Source: Clostridiales bacterium UBA4362 (GTDB lineage Bacteria; Bacillota; Clostridia; TANB77; CAG-508). From it: a stretch of DNA of 48,722 nucleotides. A program made the translations under genes and the position numbers. Below the pieces are notes generated by a model. It ran no database searches. It was not told the DNA's origin and saw nothing but the letters and a program-made list of their open reading frames with translations. Positions 42,430 through 48,722 of this stretch are shown here, piece by piece. The stretch spans positions 1-48,722 of the forward strand of contig DGSM01000045.1 of assembly GCA_002393975.1 (NCBI GenBank), given 5' to 3'. How positions within the stretch are numbered: position 1 is the stretch's first letter; each line of letters starts with the position of its first letter.

Positions 42430-43584
42430 TTAACTGAAAAATCCTCTCTTCTTAACTGGAGGTTGTTCGTTCATTGTTTGTGCAAGTTTCATAAATAATT
42501 CTCTTTGTTCCTTGGTTAGTCTTTTAGGAGTTTGAACTTTAACTGTAAAAATTAAATCTCCCATTGTTGTTGTAGAATTAATTTTCTTGAAACCTTGTCC
42601 TTTAATAACAAATTCTTGCTCACTTTGAGTTCCTGATGGAATCTCATAATCTGCTTTTTCTCCGGTAACTAGTGGAATTTTTAGGTTGGCACCTAAAGTT
42701 GCTTGTGTAATAGTAATTGGTATATTAACTCTAACATTTAGACTATCACGAGTAAATATACTGCTTTTCTTTACTTTTACATCAACATAGATATCTCCAT
42801 TTGGTCCACCATTTACTCCAGGCTCACCTTTCCCTCTAAGAATTAAAGTTTGACCATCATTTACACCTGCTGGTACTTCAACCTTAATAATAGGATTCTT
42901 TCTAACAGTTCCTTTTCCTTTACACTTATCACATGGATGAGGAATAACTTTTCCTGTACCACGACAATTTTCGCAAGGAACAGTAGATTGAAAAGTTGCA
43001 AATCCACCTAAGCTTTGGATTTTTTTAACTTTTCCAGCGCCATGACAAACAGAGCATGTTTCGACTTTGGTTCCCTTTTCAGCACCAGAACCACCACAAA
43101 CATCGCAAGTTTCATTTTTTACTATATTAAATTCTTTAACACAACCAGTAAATGATTCTTCAAATGAAATAGTTATACTTGCGCGTAAATCATTTCCTTT
43201 TCTAGGGCTATCACTTCTAGCAGTTGAACTTCTTGAAGCTCTGCCACCACCTCCGAAAAATGAGCTAAAGAAGTCATCTACTATATCATCAAATCCACCA
43301 GAATAGGTATATGTTCCTCCATTAAAGCCACCAAATCCTGAACCGCCGCCAAAACCAGCAGGGCCTTCTGCAGATCCAAATTGATCATAGTTCTTTCTTT
43401 TTTGGGTATCGCCTAAAACATTATAAGCTTCACCAACTTCTTTAAATTTTTCTTCGGCTTCTTTTCTATTATCAGGGTTAGCATCAGGATGCCATTTTTT
43501 TGCGAGTTTCCTGTATGCTTTCTTTATTTCGTCTTCGCTGGCATCCTTACTAACGCCAAGAATTTCATAATAATCCTTTGCCAT
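42430..43584 (-). CDS. dnaJ: Co-chaperone DnaJ
   Basis: J-domain with HPD (KWHPDANPD), a G/F-rich linker, and four CxxCxGxG zinc-finger repeats ([32 protein letters not shown]). Confidence 0.95.
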   Translation of the reverse strand: MAKDYYEILGVSKDASEDEIKKAYRKLAKKWHPDANPDNRKEAEEKFKEVGEAYNVLGDTQKRKNYDQFGSAEGPAGFGGGSGFGGFNGGTYTYSGGFDDIVDDFFSSFFGGGGRASRSSTARSDSPRKGNDLRASITISFEESFTGCVKEFNIVKNETCDVCGGSGAEKGTKVETCSVCHGAGKVKKIQSLGGFATFQSTVPCENCRGTGKVIPHPCDKCKGKGTVRKNPIIKVEVPAGVNDGQTLILRGKGEPGVNGGPNGDIYVDVKVKKSSIFTRDSLNVRVNIPITITQATLGANLKIPLVTGEKADYEIPSGTQSEQEFVIKGQGFKKINSTTTMGDLIFTVKVQTPKRLTKEQRELFMKLAQTMNEQPPVKKRGFFS

Positions 43585-43599
43585 TTATTTGTCCTTTAA

Positions 43600-45462
<1,863 letters not shown>

Positions 45463-45548
45463 TTATTTCCTCCTAAATTTAATTCTTACTTAAATAATCT
45501 TTTGTTTTGTAATTTGTAAATATATAAAAAATAAAAATTGATAACTAA

Positions 45549-46088
45549 TTAATTTGCTACTATTACCATTGCATGTCTTAAAACTCTGTCGCCAATCATG
45601 TAGCCTTTTCTATATTCTTGTTGAACAATCTTTTCTCCAAGGTTTGGATCTTGTACCATACTAATTGCTTCATGTAAACTTGGATCAAATGGTTTTCCAA
45701 CAGATTCAATTTCTGTTACTCCATTTTTCTTAAGAGTTTCTTTTAATTGTTCTAATACAAGAATAATTCCATTTTTATACTCTTGATCTTCTGTCTTGCT
45801 CTCTACAGCTTTTTCCAAATTATCAATAACAGGTAATATTTGAAGTATAACATCTCCCATTACTGAACTGTATAAGCCTTCTCTTTCTTTGTTAGAGCGT
45901 TTTTTAAAGTTTTCGAATTCAGCCATAAGTCTTTTGATTCTATCATCTTTTTCATCATTGTCTGCTTTTAGCTTGTCCAATGCATCTTTTAAATCCATTA
46001 TCTTTTTTTCTGTCTCGTTTTCAGGTTCTTTCTCAATCTTCATATTTGGATTTTCTTCATTAACTTCATTAATATTTTCTTCTGACAC
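45549..46088 (-). CDS. grpE: Nucleotide exchange factor GrpE
   Basis: 179 aa. RLMAEFENFKKR and a C-terminal beta domain (FDPSLHEAI...GYMIGDRVLRHAMV). Confidence 0.93.
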   Translation of the reverse strand: MSEENINEVNEENPNMKIEKEPENETEKKIMDLKDALDKLKADNDEKDDRIKRLMAEFENFKKRSNKEREGLYSSVMGDVILQILPVIDNLEKAVESKTEDQEYKNGIILVLEQLKETLKKNGVTEIESVGKPFDPSLHEAISMVQDPNLGEKIVQQEYRKGYMIGDRVLRHAMVIVAN

Positions 46089-46089
46089 T

Positions 46090-47229
46090 TTAATTCCTCT
46101 TTTCTTTTTGTTTTTTCTTTATCTTTTCGATTTCAGTACTATCTGCTATTTTTAATTCCTCTCCAACAACATTTTTTGGTACTGAAAGTTTCTTTATGTC
46201 TGCACCTTTATTTAGTTCTTGATTAATATATTTTAGAACAGATATTACTTTTGAGTAATCCATTCTTGTAGGTCCTATTATACCAATAGTTCCCATATCA
46301 TTACCATTTACTTTATTTTTAAAAGTTACTATACTAATTCCATCTAAACCATTTGAAGAATCTCCAATATAAACATTAAAATCTTCTTCATTATTTAAGA
46401 TTTCAGAAATAACATCTTGTTTATCTAATAACCCATAAAACTCTTTTGCTAAGTCATTTTGTTGAAATTCTGGATTATCTAAAGCTCTGTCAGCACCTTT
46501 AAGATAAAGCTTAGATTCTTGCATGATAGCTTTGTTAATCTGATCAATGATTGTTTTAATTACATTAATCTTAAGCATCATCTCATTCTTAATATATTGG
46601 TCTATTGGTATATCTATTTTAGATAAAGCTTTTCCTTTAAGTTTATTGTTGAATATCATGCTTATAGAATTTACTTGTTCTTGTGTTATATCTTCATCAA
46701 ATTTTATTATTGTTTCTTTTATAACACCAGCTTCAGTAATAATTATAGCCATAAGCATACGTGAGCCTAATAATACAAACTTAAATTCTTGAATAATTTG
46801 CTTACTAGTGTCTGGTCCAATACTTACTGTTGTATAATGTGTAACTTCACTAATAGTACTTGTAGCAATTTGTGTTAAGTCTTCCATTTCAGAGATTGTA
46901 CTTTCTAATCTAGAATTTATATATGAAATCTCTTTGAAATTAAGATCTTTTTCTTTTAACAAATTGTCTACATAAAATTGATAACCTTTAGTTGAAGGAA
47001 TACGTCCACTAGAAGTATGTGTTTTCTCTAAAAAGCCTTCTTTTTCAAGTTCTGCCATCTCGTTTCTAACTGTGGCACTTGAGCAATCCAAATCATATTT
47101 ATTTATCAAAGTGTTTGAACTTACAGGCTCTATTGTGTCTATGTATTCTACTACAATAGCTTTTAGTATTTGTTTTTTACGCTCATCTAAATCTATCTTA
47201 ATTAATCCTTTGGTATTCTCTTTTTTCAA
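46090..47229 (-). CDS. hrcA: Heat-inducible transcription repressor HrcA
   Basis: Winged-helix N-terminus LDERKKQILKAIVVEYIDTIEPVSSNTLINKY...SSATVRNEMAELEKEGFLEKTHTSSGRIPS. It is the first gene of the hrcA-grpE-dnaK-dnaJ operon and lies behind CIRCE. Confidence 0.93.
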   Translation of the reverse strand: MKKENTKGLIKIDLDERKKQILKAIVVEYIDTIEPVSSNTLINKYDLDCSSATVRNEMAELEKEGFLEKTHTSSGRIPSTKGYQFYVDNLLKEKDLNFKEISYINSRLESTISEMEDLTQIATSTISEVTHYTTVSIGPDTSKQIIQEFKFVLLGSRMLMAIIITEAGVIKETIIKFDEDITQEQVNSISMIFNNKLKGKALSKIDIPIDQYIKNEMMLKINVIKTIIDQINKAIMQESKLYLKGADRALDNPEFQQNDLAKEFYGLLDKQDVISEILNNEEDFNVYIGDSSNGLDGISIVTFKNKVNGNDMGTIGIIGPTRMDYSKVISVLKYINQELNKGADIKKLSVPKNVVGEELKIADSTEIEKIKKKQKEKRN

Positions 47230-47259
47230 TATTTCACCTCACTTGAGTAATTAAGTAAT

Positions 47260-47286
47260 TTAGCACTCTTTTATCATGATTGCTAA
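47260..47286. promoter_or_regulatory. CIRCE operator (HrcA binding site)
   Basis: TTAGCACTC-N9-GATTGCTAA versus the consensus TTAGCACTC-N9-GAGTGCTAA (one mismatch). It lies 31 nt upstream of the hrcA ATG. Confidence 0.8.
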
Positions 47287-47308
47287 CAAGCATATCTTAT
47301 ATCTCATT

Positions 47309-47335
47309 TTAGCAATTGTCAATAGAGTTTGCTAA
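47309..47335. promoter_or_regulatory. Second, degenerate CIRCE-like inverted repeat
   Basis: TTAGCAATT-N9-GTTTGCTAA, with two mismatches per arm and the same 9-nt spacing. It lies 22 nt upstream of the first CIRCE. Confidence 0.45.
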
Positions 47336-47394
47336 TTATTTTAAAAATATTTTTATACATCTTTAATCTCATGTAAATAATCATTTAAAGCATA

Positions 47395-47423
47395 CAAAAA
47401 GAGACTAACAAAAGTTAGTCTCT
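47395..47423 (-). terminator. Intrinsic terminator after the SecG-like gene
   Basis: Perfect 10-bp stem agagactaac (47400..47409) / gttagtctct (47414..47423) with a 4-nt loop. On the minus strand it is followed by UUUUUGUAUG. Confidence 0.7.
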
Positions 47424-47452
47424 TAATATTTACTAAAAAATCGATTTAAAAA

Positions 47453-47707
47453 TTACCAAACTATATAAACTATTCCTGTAGCAATAGTTAGAACAGTATA
47501 AAGGATTGAAACTATTAATGTATTTCTAAAAGCTGCTCCTTTTTTAGTTCTTCCTTTATTCTTATCGAAAAATTTATTATATTGAGAATTCTCATATGTA
47601 TCTTCTGCTGAATTCTCGCTCTCTTTAGCTTGGAAAGTTACTATTAAGATTAATATAGCACTTACAGCTAAATATATACCAACTAATACTTTCTTAAAAA
47701 TATCCAT
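47453..47707 (-). CDS. Small two-TM membrane protein, SecG-like
   Basis: 84 aa. The first TM ends in ILIVTFQAKES (compare SecG VVLLQSSKS). A basic loop (KNKGRTKKG) is followed by a second TM. Its size and topology match SecG. Confidence 0.5.
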   Translation of the reverse strand: MDIFKKVLVGIYLAVSAILILIVTFQAKESENSAEDTYENSQYNKFFDKNKGRTKKGAAFRNTLIVSILYTVLTIATGIVYIVW

Positions 47708-47783
47708 CTTCTTCTCTATTGTCCTTTCAAACTATTTAACGAAAGCAATTCTAACACAATTTTTACTAAAAAGCAATAATTGT

Positions 47784-47966
47784 TTAAAGATTGATTTCTT
47801 CAAATCTCTTATATGAGTTATAGGTCTCATCATCAAGACCTCTTACTTGTAATTTATAAAGACTAATTAATTGTTGTCTTTGAACTGGTGTCATCTCTTC
47901 TTCAGTTATTAATCCTGCTTCAAATCTCTTTTGCAAATTTAATAATTCAATATTGGATTCATCCAT
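47784..47966 (-). CDS. Small hypothetical protein (60 aa)
   Basis: ORF only. LLNLQKRFEAGLITEEEM faintly resembles a SHOCT-type motif. The evidence is weak. Confidence 0.4.
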   Translation of the reverse strand: MDESNIELLNLQKRFEAGLITEEEMTPVQRQQLISLYKLQVRGLDDETYNSYKRFEEINL

Positions 47967-48041
47967 AATTTGCTAACCCCACTTTTCTTAAAAATAACAC
48001 ATATTTATTATACAGCTATTTACTCTAAAAGTCAAATTATG

Positions 48042-48722
48042 TTAAGTTCTTTTTCTTCTAATTACATATCCTTCTTTGCATTCTATTGGTAAATGCATTT
48101 TTACTGCTTGACCGATTTTTCCTGGATTAATAGTTTCTATTTCTTCTCCAGATTCTACATCATATAGTTTATCTATTGTAAATTCTACTGGTGCAAGTTT
48201 ATCTGGTAATAATATTTCCATTTTATCTCCAACTGTTAACTTGTTTCCTATCTTAACAATTGATAAATCATCTGAATATTCAAGTACTTGCCCACCAAAT
48301 TCATAATTTGGATTATATTGTTTTCCTTCATATTCTTGATAGTCTCTATTATTTTTATCATTAAAGAAAAATTCAGTTAATCCACGAGTTTTAGTCTTTT
48401 CAATTTCATTTAAATATTTCTTATAATCATATTTATCTGGATTTTCGAAAGCATCATCTATTGCTTGTCTATATACATTTACTATTGATGCAACATAGTA
48501 TTCTGATTTTAGTCTTCCTTCTATTTTTAGAGAAGTTACTCCCATATCAATTATCTCTGGAATTGAACGAATCAAGCATAAATCTTTAGAAGACATTACA
48601 TATGTACCATTTTCATCAGTTTCAACAGGCATTAAGTTACCTGGATTTGCTTGTTCTTCAAAATAAACATTATATTGCCATCTACAACTTTGAGCACAAT
48701 CTCCAAGATTTGCATTTCTACC
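48042..48722 (-). CDS. Peptidase U32 family protein, C-terminal part (gene runs off the right edge)
   Basis: The frame stays open upstream of the track's Met to the window end. The reverse complement of 48722..48633 reads GRNANLGDCAQSCRWQYNVYFEEQANPGNL, the U32 GR.ANRG.CAQ.CRW.Y signature. LKIEGRLKSEYYVA follows downstream. Confidence 0.85.
   Translation of the reverse strand, partial: GRNANLGDCAQSCRWQYNVYFEEQANPGNLMPVETDENGTYVMSSKDLCLIRSIPEIIDMGVTSLKIEGRLKSEYYVASIVNVYRQAIDDAFENPDKYDYKKYLNEIEKTKTRGLTEFFFNDKNNRDYQEYEGKQYNPNYEFGGQVLEYSDDLSIVKIGNKLTVGDKMEILLPDKLAPVEFTIDKLYDVESGEEIETINPGKIGQAVKMHLPIECKEGYVIRRKRT

Noticed and set aside
47336-47394. Candidate hrcA promoter (TTAAAG-N17-TAAAAT on the minus strand).
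   Set aside because: The -35 match is poor, and many similar AT-rich hexamers lie nearby. It is not reliable enough to list as a feature.

Overview
This is an AT-rich chromosomal segment from a low-GC Bacillota organism, as shown by PolC, HrcA/CIRCE and a sortase-type sorting motif. All genes but two are on the minus strand.

The right-hand ~20 kb (28.7-48.7 kb) is ordinary core genome. It holds a partial U32 peptidase, a SecG-like protein, hrcA-grpE-dnaK-dnaJ behind CIRCE operators, and ychF. Next come two tiny VPQTG-anchored wall proteins, pyrH-frr-uppS-cdsA-polC, a small membrane protein, thrS and a cytoplasmic GH13 glycosidase.

The left-hand ~28.6 kb is an accessory cell-envelope island that I cannot match to any described system. 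It forms two long, tightly packed minus-strand operons plus a few satellite genes.

Operon A (about 28.6 to 12.8 kb):
- an active-site-eroded, N-terminally truncated ThrRS paralogue
- two orphan helical proteins of 740 and 569 aa
- a 3174-aa GLUG/beta-helix surface protein
- an intact SipW-type signal peptidase
- a degenerate peptidase-like protein

Operon B (about 11.7 to 2.3 kb):
- a degenerate peptidase-like protein
- TasA/camelysin-like secreted proteins and an intact SipW
- an orphan cytoplasmic protein
- a membrane-anchored McrB-family AAA+ NTPase with an apparently nuclease-less McrC/DUF2357-like partner
- a SipW-like peptidase with a ~280-aa Lys/Glu-rich cytoplasmic extension
- another TasA-like protein

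In total the island has five S26B-type peptidase homologues (about three intact, two degenerate) and six TasA-like paralogues.

All family assignments come from motif reading by eye. No database search or structure prediction was possible, so family names are hypotheses to test. I saw no rRNA, tRNA, CRISPR array, transposase or integrase.
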